Assembly (NCBI GenBank): GCA_951406725.2
Contig: OX597820.1
Span: 67,084,001 to 67,148,000 of the forward strand
Direction: 5' to 3'
From: Octopus vulgaris
Lineage: Eukaryota
Length of the DNA: 64,000 nucleotides
Below, one piece after another: positions 29,367 through 42,087 of this stretch. A program made the position numbers and the translations under genes. The notes below the pieces were generated by a model, which saw only the letters and a list, made by a program, of their open reading frames with translations, was not told the DNA's origin and ran no database searches. The number at the start of each line of letters is the position of its first letter. The first letter of the stretch is position 1.

Positions 29367-30046
29367 CAGAGGTAGGCGAACTGGGTTAAATTACCCCAAG
29401 TGGGACAAAAAAGGAAATCCTTGCCGGTAATGAGGACTCATTAGGCATAAGTAAAATTATATTTAAAAAAACCTGTTTCTTGTTACGACAGAAATTTTTT
29501 TCTAGCAAAGAGGCATATGTGCAATGTAATGGACATGTTTAGGAAGCGTCATGCCATTTTGAACTACAAACAATTCGGTTGCTAAGGCGTTGTCATGTGA
29601 CGAAACAGATATTTGTTAATTGTCTATTACCCGCCTTAACTTTATTTTTTGACAGACGTGTTTTTGCTTTGTTTAAGTAGATTTAAGTAGTTATTCAATT
29701 CAACCCTTTAACGAAATCGATTGGACCCCGAAGACTGTATCTAAATTGCTCTGGCATCAAAATACCACAATTTTGATGTAATTGTAACAAAAATGAAACA
29801 TTTTTTCTCCAGAATCTGAAGTGAAAAATCCTTTAATTTCATAATGAAGATATTTATTTATTCTATCGCATTTGTTTTATACTTTTTATATTTATAATTG
29901 TATTCTCCATATAAATAGATTTCAAAAAACCTTTTGAATTCAAAGAATCTACGATTTTCTTCCTTTAAAATCAAGGGGTTAGGGTAACGCCGGCGTAAAT
30001 AAATATATTTAGGTGTTATTGGTTAAAAAAATTTCCTCGACCTCTG
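29367..30046 (+). mobile_element. Internally deleted hAT (Charlie/Buster-like) element
   Basis: Termini CAGAGGT../..ACCTCTG, perfect 8-bp TSD GTGTAAGG (29359-29366, 30047-30054), and a transposase C-terminal relic NRLDPEDCI*IALASKYHNFDVIVTKMKH. Confidence 0.85.
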
Positions 30047-30280
30047 GTGTAAGGAACTACGAAGAATGAGAAATTAAGATGAAAGGGATGAATTTACTTT
30101 AGACTTAAAAGAATTCAGGCCATCCATAAGAAGGATAAAAACAATGAGATGGAAAAGAGTTCCAAAGTCTTCCGGTTCGAGGGAAAATGACACGACCGTA
30201 GAATGATTTCCTTATTCGTGGAAGCACAACAGCATTTGGATGAAATCAAGCGAGATGGAGCAAAGTAAAGCGCGCGAGAA
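30047..30280 (-). mobile_element. CR1/L2-type LINE 3' end
   Basis: Translates HPNAVVLPRIRKSFYGRVIFPRTGRLWNSFPSHCF../LNSFKSKVN. The 3'UTR is interrupted by the hAT element. Confidence 0.75.
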
Positions 30281-30281
30281 C

Positions 30282-30352
<71 letters not shown>

Positions 30353-30989
30353 TTTGAGGGGAAGATATAATCGATTAAATCGACTCCAATGTTTGCATGG
30401 TAATTTATTTTATCAGTCCCTAAAGGATAAATAGAAAATTTTACCCCAGTTGGATTTGATCTCCGAACGTAACTAATTCTCTAATTAAATCCCGCAAGGC
30501 ACTCTATTACTCTTTTATCATTCAACCAATAACGAATACTGTAATCAGTTTTAGAGTTTTAGGCGTCTTTGCGTTCCATATTTCCGGCTGTACACTTCCG
30601 GCCGAGCATTGCTGCCGTCCACCATATTCATTATGACAACAGCCTTTTCTGTTTCCACCTACCCTTTGTCAATGAAGGGGATAACAGGTTGGTTATGGTG
30701 GGGGTTGGGGTGGTGGAGTAGGATATGGATGACAGAGCAGATGACACGTTAACAAGAGTGGTCACATCAAAGAAAAGGAATCGATAAGCATGGGAAATCT
30801 ATCAAACGACAATGACAAACAACAATATCAACAACATTATTGAAATAAACAATTCATCATCATCATCATCATCATCACCACCACCACCAACATGATGGTC
30901 ATCGATGTTAACATCATCTTCAGCGTCGTCGTCATCACTGTCTTCACCATCATCATCATATGCATACACATATGCGAGTGTATGGGGAT

Positions 30990-31035
30990 ATGTATATGTA
31001 CATATGTATACAAACATACATATACATATATATAT

Positions 31036-31082
<47 letters not shown>

Positions 31083-31163
31083 ATATGTATGTATGTGTAT
31101 ATATATATATACATATATATATGTATGTATGTATATATGTATGTATGTATATATGTATGTATG

Positions 31164-31195
<32 letters not shown>

Positions 31196-31217
31196 TGTAT
31201 GTATGTATATATGTATG

Positions 31218-31260
<43 letters not shown>

Positions 31261-31298
31261 ACATGTATACATGTATATATATATATATATATATATGT

Positions 31299-31365
<67 letters not shown>

Positions 31366-31380
31366 CATACACACACACAT
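30990..31380. repeat. (TA)n/(TATG)n microsatellite
   Basis: Direct inspection. Confidence 0.9.
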
Positions 31381-31503
31381 GATAGAAGTAAATAGACACC
31401 CCTATAAACCATCGTTTTATGCTTATTCTAACTTGTAATGGTTTATATCTTTTATTAATTGACATTTTTTAATGTTTCAGGATCTACATGCGACTGTTTA
31501 ATC

Positions 31504-32140
31504 ATGCCATGTACAAAAGAAGACTTGGAACTGTCTGAATTTCAAAGAAGCCATATTGTAGGTCATTCTGAAGGTGGACATACTCAGCGGAAAATTGCAG
31601 AAAACCTTGGGATCCCACTTTCTACAGTTAATAGAGTGATTGCGCAATTCACCAGAGAAGGGAAGGAGGCCACATTACCTCACCCCGGTTGACTAGAGCT
31701 CTCTGACAGGACCCTTCTCTTAGTTAAGAGAAGTGTGGAGGACAATCCTTGCTGCAAGGCCTCTGACATAGTAGAACACGTTGATGTCAGTCCCAGAACA
31801 GCTGTCAGGTATCTCCACAAACTTGGTTACTATAGTACAGCAGCAAGAAGGAAGCCACTTCTTTGACCAGCCAATATCAAGTGGAGAAAAGATTGAGCCA
31901 GTGAGATGGTGGAGAGGCCATTAGCATTTTGGGATACTGTCATATTCTCCAATGAGTCCAGATTTGCTGTATTTTCTGATGGTGGTCGAGTGCGGGTCTG
32001 AAGACTTTGTGATCAAGAAAAGATTGCAGTCAACAATCAAACATGGTAGTTATTCTGTGATGGTCAGGGGAGTAATTTGGAGCAATGGTCAATCAGACCT
32101 GGTGGAGTGTGAGGGAAACATAAACTCAGATAAATATAAT
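31504..32140 (+). mobile_element. Tc1 transposase pseudogene (HTH and partial DDE)
   Basis: [75 protein letters not shown], with multiple stops. Confidence 0.9.
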
Positions 32141-32460
32141 AAATATGTACACTACAAAAGGTTTTGAGTAATCCTTCAGTGTAATGTCAATTACATAATG
32201 TAATTACATAAAAACAACCAATAATGTGTTTGTGTGTGTATGTGTGTGTGTCTGTGTGTGTCAGTGTGTGCGTGCGTGTGCGTGCGTGTGTGCATGTATG
32301 TATATATGTATATAATATATATAAGTGAATATCAGGTACCAACTGATGAAGGGTCGTTTTTTCTGTTACTTTTCTTGTTTTCCATATGTTTCTCTCGTTG
32401 TTCGCATATCAAAGTTTGTCTTCGTATTTCATGTTGTTTACGTTGATAGATTTCGAGCAC

Positions 32461-32795
32461 CAACTCGAAGAATTTGCGGGGGTGTAAGTGCTGCCTCACT
32501 CTGCCTGCAACCCAGACCTAGCATCATCAGATTATCATATTTTCCGAGCTAAGGTTCATTTCCTGTGCAAACGGAGATTCAACAATGAGGATGAGATTGA
32601 ACACGGATGAGTTTTTTGCCTCTGAACCAGCTAAATGGTATAAGCGGGGAATTGTGCGTCTGACATAACGACAGGAACAAACAATAGAATATGATGAGAT
32701 GTATTTTGATGAATAAACGCTTCTCGAATGTAATCTCTTTGAACTATTAATTAAAGAAATACGAAAAATTTTTTATTTGAAATTAGGACGTTATA
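32461..32795 (+). mobile_element. mariner (DD34D) transposase C-terminal relic
   Basis: VLPHSACNPDLASSDYHIFRA (YSPDLAPSDYHLF motif)..RFNNEDEIE../EFFASEPAKWYKRGIVRL..YFDE*. Confidence 0.85.
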
Positions 32796-32862
32796 TATAT
32801 AGAGAGTAAGCACATAGATGCGAAACAAGGTGGAAGAAATAGCACTCGAATACAAGAGATAG

Positions 32863-33235
32863 AGTTTCATCTACTCCGCGTTTCGAAGGTCAAGGCGAGA
32901 CTTGTCCTGTCTTTTACTGTTTATAATCTGTACTGTCTTCACTGTCCTGTTTTTGTTACCATTTTTACCCCTCCGCAAAAAAATCTCAAATTTTATTTAA
33001 TTTGCTTTTTGCGGGAAGGAATGTTTCACTGAAGTCATGTCTCGCCTTGACCTTCGAAACGCGGAGTAGATGAAACAGAGGCGACTGAAGAAGGAGAATT
33101 TTCCGTGTGTTGTATGTCCTGTACTCTATTTTTTCGTTGTTTAAGAAAAATGTCCATTTCCTTGGTTTTGTGTTTATGTTTTCGTTTCTCATTGTGTTCG
33201 ACGTTTCTTGGTGTCCTGTACCCATATATGCATGT
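32863..33235 (+). mobile_element. Family Q element with an inverted 38-bp segment at its 5' end
   Basis: 32863-32900 is the reverse complement of ~33039-33077. The 3' end ..gtcctgtacccatatatgcat is shared with 52960-53150 (-) and 54062-54480 (-). Confidence 0.6.
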
Positions 33236-33325
33236 ATATATACATGTAGATGTAGGTACGTACATATATGTATGTATATATGCATATGTTTTATTTATTA
33301 ATTTGTTTTATATATATATATATAT

Positions 33326-33438
33326 ATTGGCCTGCTCGCTTAGCCAGCGGGGTGGCGTCATTCGAAGGCTAAAACAATGCGACCGCATTTTAACCAGCGA
33401 TGTGCAGCAACATCTGATGGTTTGGTCGGTCACGTGAT

Positions 33439-33446
<8 letters not shown>
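33326..33446 (+). mobile_element. Probable LINE (RTE-like) 3' tail in a TA array
   Basis: GC-rich 120-bp island ending tcacgtgatcacgtgata; family assignment from recall only. Confidence 0.35.
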
Positions 33447-33482
<36 letters not shown>

Positions 33483-33580
33483 ATAAAAACGGTAAGATAA
33501 CAAAAGAAAGAATATTATGTAAATAGAGGAATTTATCTGTAAATGTATTATGTGACAATTATATATACATATATATATAT

Positions 33581-33763
33581 AGCTGAAAGTTTAAAATTAA
33601 AATTAATCAAAGGACGTCCTAAGTATGTCTGCCTACTGGAAATAACAGTCAAAACTCTCATTTAAATAACCAAAAATTACACTGAGAGTTTTGACTGTTA
33701 TTTCCAGCAGGCAGACATACGTAGGACATCCTTTGATTAATTTTAAATTTAATCCTTTTCAGC
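33581..33763. repeat. Foldback palindrome, ~80-bp arms and 22-nt loop
   Basis: aaaattaatcaaaggacgtcctaagtatgtctgcctactggaaataacagtcaaaactctca / tgagagttttgactgttatttccagcaggcagacatacgtaggacatcctttgattaatttt. Confidence 0.9.
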
Positions 33764-33837
33764 GGTGTAGAATTCATAATGTAATTATCCTTTTTCATTC
33801 CAGGTGCCATTATATTAAACATTTGCGAAGAGTAACC

Positions 33838-34000
33838 ATGCCACGCACAAAAAATTTCAGCACAACTGTCAGATTTTCAAAGAAGTCGTATTGTTGAGCA
33901 ATCTGAGGCTGGTCTTAGCCAGCGAAAAATTGCCGAAAATCTTCAAATTCCTCTTGCTACTGTTAATAGAATTATAGTGCAATTCAAAAGCCAAGGAAGT
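33838..34000 (+). mobile_element. Tc1 transposase N-terminal fragment (related to 31504)
   Basis: MPRTK/..[45 protein letters not shown]. Confidence 0.8.
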
Positions 34001-34027
34001 TAATACAATTTGCACGCACACACATAG

Positions 34028-34063
<36 letters not shown>

Positions 34064-34101
34064 GCACGCACACACATATATTTATAGACACACATACATA
34101 C

Positions 34102-34142
<41 letters not shown>

Positions 34143-34314
34143 CTGTATATGTGTGTGTATGTGTATGTGTATACATATATATGCGAAGATATATATATAT
34201 TTGTATATATATATATATATATATATACATACTGTATATGTGTGTATGTGTATGTGTATACATATATATGCGAAGATATATATATATATATATATATACA
34301 TAGAGATAGCTAGG

Positions 34315-34374
<60 letters not shown>

Positions 34375-34689
34375 AAATTAACATAATGGATGCACGACGA
34401 GTGCAAAAGAACTCTACAGACACATAGCGAGAGAGAAAGAATCTTAGGAACGGGGGTGTAGGAGGAGACGTAAATGACGGATTAGTTGGTTGTTGCTGAA
34501 GGAAGGCTCTGCAATAGTTTAATATTTATTGTAACGAATATTTTTTCCTTAGATTGCTTTTCAAGAAAGCTATTCCTTAGCAATATTTCTTTTCTTTTTG
34601 CATTAATCACTTGGGAATTCACTAACTTAAGAATTCATAGTAAACTGTTTCAAATGAAGAAGATATCACTACAGTTACTGCAATAATAT

Positions 34690-34913
34690 TGGGTTCAAAT
34701 TTTGGCACACAAGCCAGAAATTTCGGTGCTGGAGCGTAAGGGGTGTAAATCAATTACATAATCCCCAGTTTTCAACTGGTATTTGTTTTATCGATCTCGA
34801 AAGAGTGAAACGTAAAATCGACATCAGCGGAATTTGAACTCAGATCGTAAAGAGGGACGAAATGCCGCTAAGTATTTTGGCGGGCACGGTAACGATTTTC
34901 CCAGCGCGCCGCC
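34690..34913 (-). mobile_element. SINE-A, diverged
   Basis: ggaatttgaactcag..aaatgccgctaag..gcgcgccgcc. Confidence 0.75.
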
Positions 34914-35137
34914 ATAATTACTACAAAAATATGAGTACACTTTTACCACCATAGTTAAATGTGTCACCTGCTTCTTTTCCCAGGAACATAGTTTCTCTGT
35001 TGAGGTTCCTTTTAATCACGGGTCTTTTTATTCTGGTAGTTTCTTTCCTCGAACAACTTTTCTTTGAAACTCTTTCACATCGTTTTGTTTCCGTCTTATC
35101 TATGACATTCTAAGCCGTCTTATCTATGAAATTCTAA

Positions 35138-35734
<597 letters not shown>

Positions 35735-36096
35735 GGAGGAGGAGGAGGAGGAGGAAGAGGAGGAGGAGGAGGAGGAGGAGGAGAGGAGGATAGTAATATA
35801 TGGTAAATACAACGACAATATTTCTGCAAGGCATTTTTATTTGAGAACTCAATGAGTAATAAAAAAATATTCATATTCAAAGTAATGATATATTTATATA
35901 TATATATCATATAAATATATAATGAACTGAAACGAATGTTTTTATTTTGAAGACTTCATGATATGCTAGTGTGTGTCTGTATGTCGGTGCGTGCGTATTT
36001 ATGTATGTTTGCATGTTTGTATGTATATATATGAATATACACACACACACATATACATATACACACACACACACACACATACACACACACACACAC

Positions 36097-36130
<34 letters not shown>

Positions 36131-36336
36131 TATGTGTCTCGACATACATATATGTGTGTGTCTATACATACATAAGTATGTATAAGACACACATAGATAT
36201 AGATATAGATACGCATACATAAATACAGATACATATACATACACAGTAACACACATATATGCTTACATTTAGAGAGAGAGAGAGGGAAGGGAGAGAGTTT
36301 AAGTGAGGAAAGTCAGTGAGACTGTTTTACATATGT

Positions 36337-36367
<31 letters not shown>

Positions 36368-36740
36368 TTTGTATGATAGTGTACATTGGGAGTGACTGAC
36401 GGAAGTCTGAGGTAAAGTTGAACAATGTTAGTATTCTGAAAAGAGCAGACGACAGTGGGAAAGGGCGTGCACAGAGGAGAGCAGACGGTAGTGAGTTGAG
36501 GAGAGTGTGGAGTGAAAAATCAAATGATAAAGCGAGGGAGAGACAAAAACAATGTCTAATAAGTAGGAGTGTGAGAGAATTGGTCAATAAAAAGAGAGGA
36601 AGAAAGAATGTAGTCATAAAGGGAGGAAAGAAATTAGATAGAGAGAGAGAGAGGCGGGGTGAAGAAAGTGTAAAGTGGTGAAAAAAAGAAGGTAGAGGAA
36701 AGTAGAGGAAGGGGAGGCAGTCCTTCCATTGTCCACAGCA

Positions 36741-36774
36741 TCAGTCCGTGACGTAGGCTATCGTTAGACGGATG
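36741..36774 (+). promoter_or_regulatory. Candidate TATA-less Inr+DPE core promoter
   Basis: TCAGTC (Inr TCAKTY, A=36743) with GGATG (DPE RGWYV) exactly at +28..+32, ~190 bp upstream of the ATG. GA-rich region upstream. Motifs are short. Confidence 0.4.
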
Positions 36775-36932
36775 GTAGGTGGATAGCTGTAAATACGAAC
36801 TTCACACGTTCGACTGATTAAATGCAGACCAACATGGTAAATAACAAACAACTGCGATTTGGTCGAATTTGAAACTTGTATCAAAATTTTGTACGACAAC
36901 CGTCATTCAGCAGCTTTGTCTTTGGCCTAGCT

Positions 36933-37424
36933 ATGAAGAAAATCACACGCAGACCAAGTAGACGGATTATCACCACGACTAAAAGCGCGGTGAGTGATAC
37001 TAGTGAAAACAACCCTGAAACTGGCAAAACTACTCCCGGTTCAGAACAGAAAGCCTCGGAGAAGAAAACCCACGAGAAAAAAAGTCATGGGCCAAAAAAC
37101 ACCGAACAGAAAAGCTCTGACCCAAAAACTGCCGACCAGAAAAATTCTGATCCCAAACACCCGGAACCAAAAAACTCTGAGCAGCAAAAAGGCGCAGAAC
37201 CAAAAAATTCCGAACAGAAAGTTCCCTCGCAACACAGAAAGGGTTCCGAAGTAAATGGCTTGAAGGATAATAACAATAAGGAACCACCTCCCGCGAAAAC
37301 TCCCCAACAATGGGCGACTTCCGAAACTTTGTTGTCGTTATGTCAGAAGAAAGATTGGTTGGGGACTGAGATGCGAATGAAGACGTTGGAAAGGGACCAC
37401 AAGGAGGTGAACGAAGCAGATAAG
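36933..37424 (+). CDS. nompC: First coding exon (164 codons) of a probable TRPN1/NompC ankyrin-repeat mechanosensitive channel
   Basis: Non-repetitive ORF from ATG (gctATG) with an upstream in-frame stop, ending at a consensus phase-0 donor AAG|GTGAGT. Terminal [32 protein letters not shown] resembles the TRPN segment preceding the first ankyrin repeat (cf. Drosophila VLGLAMKSEWTPIEAELKKLEK, from recall). Exon status is more certain than gene identity. Confidence 0.65.
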
Positions 37425-37494
37425 GTGAGTGATTCTTTAGTCGTTCGTCCAGTCGTTCATCGTCCTTGGCATCGTTGTTGTTCTTGTCAATGGT

Positions 37495-37581
37495 CTTCTT
37501 CTTCTTCTTCTTCTTCTTCTTCTTCTTCTTCTTCTTCTTCTTCTTCTTCTTCTTCTTCTTCTTCTTCTTCTTTTTTTTTTT

Positions 37582-37613
<32 letters not shown>

Positions 37614-37618
37614 TGTCT

Positions 37619-37650
<32 letters not shown>

Positions 37651-37761
37651 TTCTTCTGCTTTTTCTTCTTCTTTTTCTTCATCATCATCATCCTCATCAT
37701 TGTCTTCTTCTCCTTCATCATCATCACCATCATCATCACCATCATCATCATCATCATCATT

Positions 37762-37807
<46 letters not shown>

Positions 37808-37813
37808 CCACCA

Positions 37814-37847
<34 letters not shown>

Positions 37848-37860
37848 TTCATCTTCATCT
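37495..37860. repeat. (TTC)n/(CAT)n microsatellite at the start of the intron
   Basis: Direct inspection. Confidence 0.9.
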
Positions 37861-37991
37861 TCGCCCTCCTCATCTTTTTCTTAATTTTCCTTCTCTTCTT
37901 CAGTTTCTTTCTCGTCCTCTTCCTCCTCTCCTTGCTTTTGTTTATTTTACTTTTGAGATGTTTGTCTTACTTTTAATATAAGACATATCGA

Positions 37992-38210
37992 AGGTGGCGC
38001 GCTGGCAGAATCGTTAGGACGCCGGGCAAAAGGCTTAATGACACTTCGTCCGTCGTTAATGTTCTGAGTTCATATTCCACCGGGATCGACTTTGCCTTTC
38101 ATTCTTTCGGGGGTCGACAAAATAAGTACCAGTGATACACTGGGGTCGATGTAATCGACTTGTCCCCCCCATCCCGAAAATTACTGACCTTGTTCCAAAA
38201 TGTGAAACCA
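37992..38210 (+). mobile_element. SINE-A
   Basis: Family A head and central domain. Confidence 0.8.
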
Positions 38211-39019
38211 ATATAAGACATACTGGAAGATCACAAGAGGTAAGCTTAAAGGAATCCAAGCGGTTAACTCGGTTTCAGTTCCTGTTCGAAATTGCCTAAC
38301 TTCTCTTACGTCACTAATACCATTGGGAAAGGTATGAAACTCACAACTTCCAATTTTCTGTAATAAATATAAAGTCCCTATCTTAATCACACACATACAC
38401 ACACACACAAAATATGTTTCATACTTACGATGACCATCTCCAGATAATAAGCTTGTAACATGTTAAACCCGAGACACGGTTTCGGTCCCGAATTGAACCC
38501 AAATCTATTTCAATTAAACCACCAGAGGTTTTAAGAACTGCATGAACTCCAGAAGGCTCCGTTCCTCCCATTCTATATGTTTGTGGTTTTATGCTTAAAT
38601 ATGAAAGCAATCTTAATAAAATATATCCCAATATTGTTGTTATTGTAACTATAGTTGTAACCGGTAGTTATTTACTCGAAGGAAAAAGATTTGACACAAA
38701 CAACCCTCCACTAGATTCTTCACATTGTTATTGTTGTCTAGTCCCCATGTCACCCCTGTTAGATTAGACTCACGAACAAAGGCTTTCCAGCTGTTATCAC
38801 GCATTATTATTTATCTCTAACATCATTAAACGTATCCGTCCATTTTTAAGACGGCCTTAAAATATATTTTGAAGACGTGGCAGCTATTTTTAGCAGGTGC
38901 AGCGACTGCATAGAGGGTCTTTTTCGTTGCTTGCATCGATGCGCCAACTTCCTGCGTTCAAATCTTACGGGACTATGACTTTGTATTTCGACTTTTTATT
39001 TCATTCATTCGAGTTTCCA

Positions 39020-39700
39020 TAGGCATGGTCGTATGACTAAGAAGCTTACTTTGCAGCCAAGTGATTTCGGGTTCAGTTCCACTGTGCGGTACCTTGGTCA
39101 AGTCTCTTCTGCTATAGTCCCGGTTCGACTAATGCCTTGTGAGTGAATTTAGTTGACAGTAACTGTGTGTGCGCGTGTGTCTATCAGTCTGTCTTTCTGT
39201 CTGTCTGTCTCCTACTACCGCTTAACAACCGGTGTGGGTTTGTTACGTACCCTTATTATTTTACTTATTTTATTTGTTATTTCTTTATTGCCCACAAGGG
39301 GCAAAACATAGAGGGGACAAACAAGGACAGACAAACGGATGAAGTCTTTTACATCGACCCCAGTGCGTAACTGGTACTTAATTTATCGACCCCGAAAGGA
39401 TGAAAGGCAAAGTCGACCTCGGCGGAATTTGAACTCAGAACGTAGCGGCAGACGAAATACTGCAAAGCATTTCGCCCGGCGTGCTAACGTTTCTGCCAGC
39501 TCGCCGCCTTATTTTATTTTACTTATTTTATTTGCTTCAGCTATGCGGCTGCGGTCATGCTGGAGCATTTGGCAAAAGAAACCGATAAAATTAGTACCAG
39601 ACTTTAAAAATAGGTAGTAGACTCGATTTGTTCGACTAAACCTTTCAAGACGATACGCCAGCGTGGTCGCAATCCAATGACTGAGGCAAGTAAAGGCTAA
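39020..39700 (+). mobile_element. Old SINE-B interrupted by a SINE-A (39277-39513, -)
   Basis: The nested A is flanked by a 21-bp duplication ttattttacttattttatttg (39256-39276, 39514-39534). Confidence 0.8.
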
Positions 39701-39959
39701 ACAATAAATTAGATACCAGTAATATACTATGACTCTCATAATTAACAACTACATGCCTTCGCGATGCATTAATTGTCCCCCTAGAACAAACGGAGTTGTG
39801 GCAAAAACGGCAGAGGTCAGGTCTAAATGGTATTCACCATAGAATTCTCTTGTGAATTCCAATTTTGTTAATGACGTCGTTGCTTTTCTTCACACCGGAG
39901 TCGATTGTATAAACTGTTCCACTTCTTTACCAATTTGTAGCTTTGGGACAAAATAATCC

Positions 39960-40400
39960 TTTTATCTTAATCTTTTATCTTTTACATATTTCAGTCGTTG
40001 GACTGCGACACTTCTGGAGCACAGCCTAGAAGAGTTTAGTCAGAGAAATCAATCCCGTTGTTTACTTTAAGTCAAGGCGACGAGCTGGCAGAACCGTTAG
40101 CGCGCTGGACAAAATGCTTAGCGGTATTTCGCCCGTCGCTACGTTTTGAGTTCAAATTCCACCGAGGTCGACTTTGCCATTCATCCTTTCGGGGTCGATG
40201 AAATAAGTACCAATTATGTACTGGGGTCGATCTATTTGACTAGCCCCCTCCCCCATAATTTCAGGCCTTGTGCCTGTAGTTGAAAGGGTTATTTATTTTA
40301 AGTCTGGTACTTGTCCTATCGTATTCTTTTGTCGAACCGCCAAGTTATGGGGATGTAAACTAACCAACACTGGTTGTCAAACGGTAGTGGACGCAAACAC
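39960..40400 (-). mobile_element. SINE-B 3' half interrupted by a full SINE-A (40074-40291, +)
   Basis: 13-bp TSD ttta(c/t)tttaagtc at 40061-40073 and 40292-40304. Confidence 0.8.
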
Positions 40401-40405
40401 ACACA

Positions 40406-40444
<39 letters not shown>

Positions 40445-40462
40445 ACACACACATGCACAAGT

Positions 40463-40685
40463 CAAGGCGCAGGCTTAGTGGTTAGAATATTCCGTTCACG
40501 GTCGTATCTATATTTCAAAGGGCCAACCTTGTCACATTCTGTGTAACGCTGAATTTTCTTGGGAACTACGTTAAGGTTACGCGTGTCCGTGGAATACTCA
40601 GCCACTTGCACGTTAATTTCACGAGAAGGCTGTTCGGTTGATCGGATCAACTGGAACCCTTGTCGTCGCAACTGACGGAGTGCTG
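40463..40685 (+). mobile_element. SINE-C with an internal deletion (tail T1)
   Basis: Partial head fused directly to the T1 tail. Confidence 0.7.
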
Positions 40686-41635
40686 GTCAGGATATATATG
40701 TGTGTGTGTGTGTGTGTTTGTACACACAATGGGCTGTCACACTGCTTTTATCTGCCACATTTACTCACAAAACATTGATCGGCTCGGCGCTGATAGGGAG
40801 TTGTCTGGGATTGAACCTAAAACTACGTGGCTACAAAGTGCGGTCCTAAACGACCCAGCTAACCTTTTATTAAAGTCAATCGGAAAGGTATCAACATCTC
40901 ATGTTGTACTCCGTAGAGTAGCTACCAGATAACTGTCCGTCCTTAGATACAGAACACCCGACGTAGCAAGAACAGCGAAGCGCCACCCATGCACAACTCT
41001 CTTTATCTACTCCCATTTTTTATTGATAGTAAAGGGCAAAACGACCTCCCGTTACGCAGTTTAAATATGAAGCGATAATCGGACCAGGATTGCTGGAGGC
41101 GTTCCCTGCTGATTCTTCTTTGTGATTCTTCCAGGAAAACAGACGTGATATGTAGTATTGATCTGTCTCTTGACTATCAGAATTGGTGGACCCAGTCTCA
41201 ATTTCCGGTTGCTGCCATTTTCCGTTTCATTTCATTACTACTTCTCTTGATAAATGTATGAGCTTCATAGCATGTTGTTTCTCTTCGTAAACATCAGGAC
41301 TTACAGAATAAATTATTCAAATTTTGGCCAGCACAAGGATAGCAATTCTGGGGGAGGGTTTCATCGATTACATCGACCCCAGTATTTGACTGGTACATTT
41401 GTTACTGTTGTTTATAACAACAACACTAACGACTAGTATCTATTTTATTGAAATAGACAAAGTCAACAATCGCCGAGATTCGAACTCGGAAAATACAAGA
41501 ACATGACATATGTAGATGCAGAATACCTACAAATAAATGCACGAGTTAGTGGTAGAGCTTCTATGTGCTTGCTCGAGCTACTAGACATAACGGCCAAATC
41601 CCCCTCAAACCACATCCTACTTTCGTATCGATTAC

Positions 41636-41701
<66 letters not shown>

Positions 41702-42000
41702 AAGCGCTGGTTTGAAAACTAACTGTTAGGCCGTCAGTTTTATAGACTGAACAAGGACATCATTTCCTGAATCGGCTGTTAAGCCGAATGAAGTACAACG
41801 AGGATCCGTACTTTCCCCAACTTATTTCACCATTTATCTAAACGACCCTCGCTCACCTCCACAAAACACGCAGCCAGTTCCCTACGCAGACGACACTACA
41901 TTCATATTATCCCATCATGTTGCCGACTGCTGCGTAACTTTTCCAACCATACTTTATTCATCTAGAAACCTGAATCTGTGTATCGCCTCGTCATTTGGTT

Positions 42001-42087
<87 letters not shown>

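Noticed and set aside
37425-37976. C-terminal half of the 366-aa ORF (poly-S/H/L/I)
   Set aside because: It lies beyond a consensus splice donor and is intronic microsatellite.
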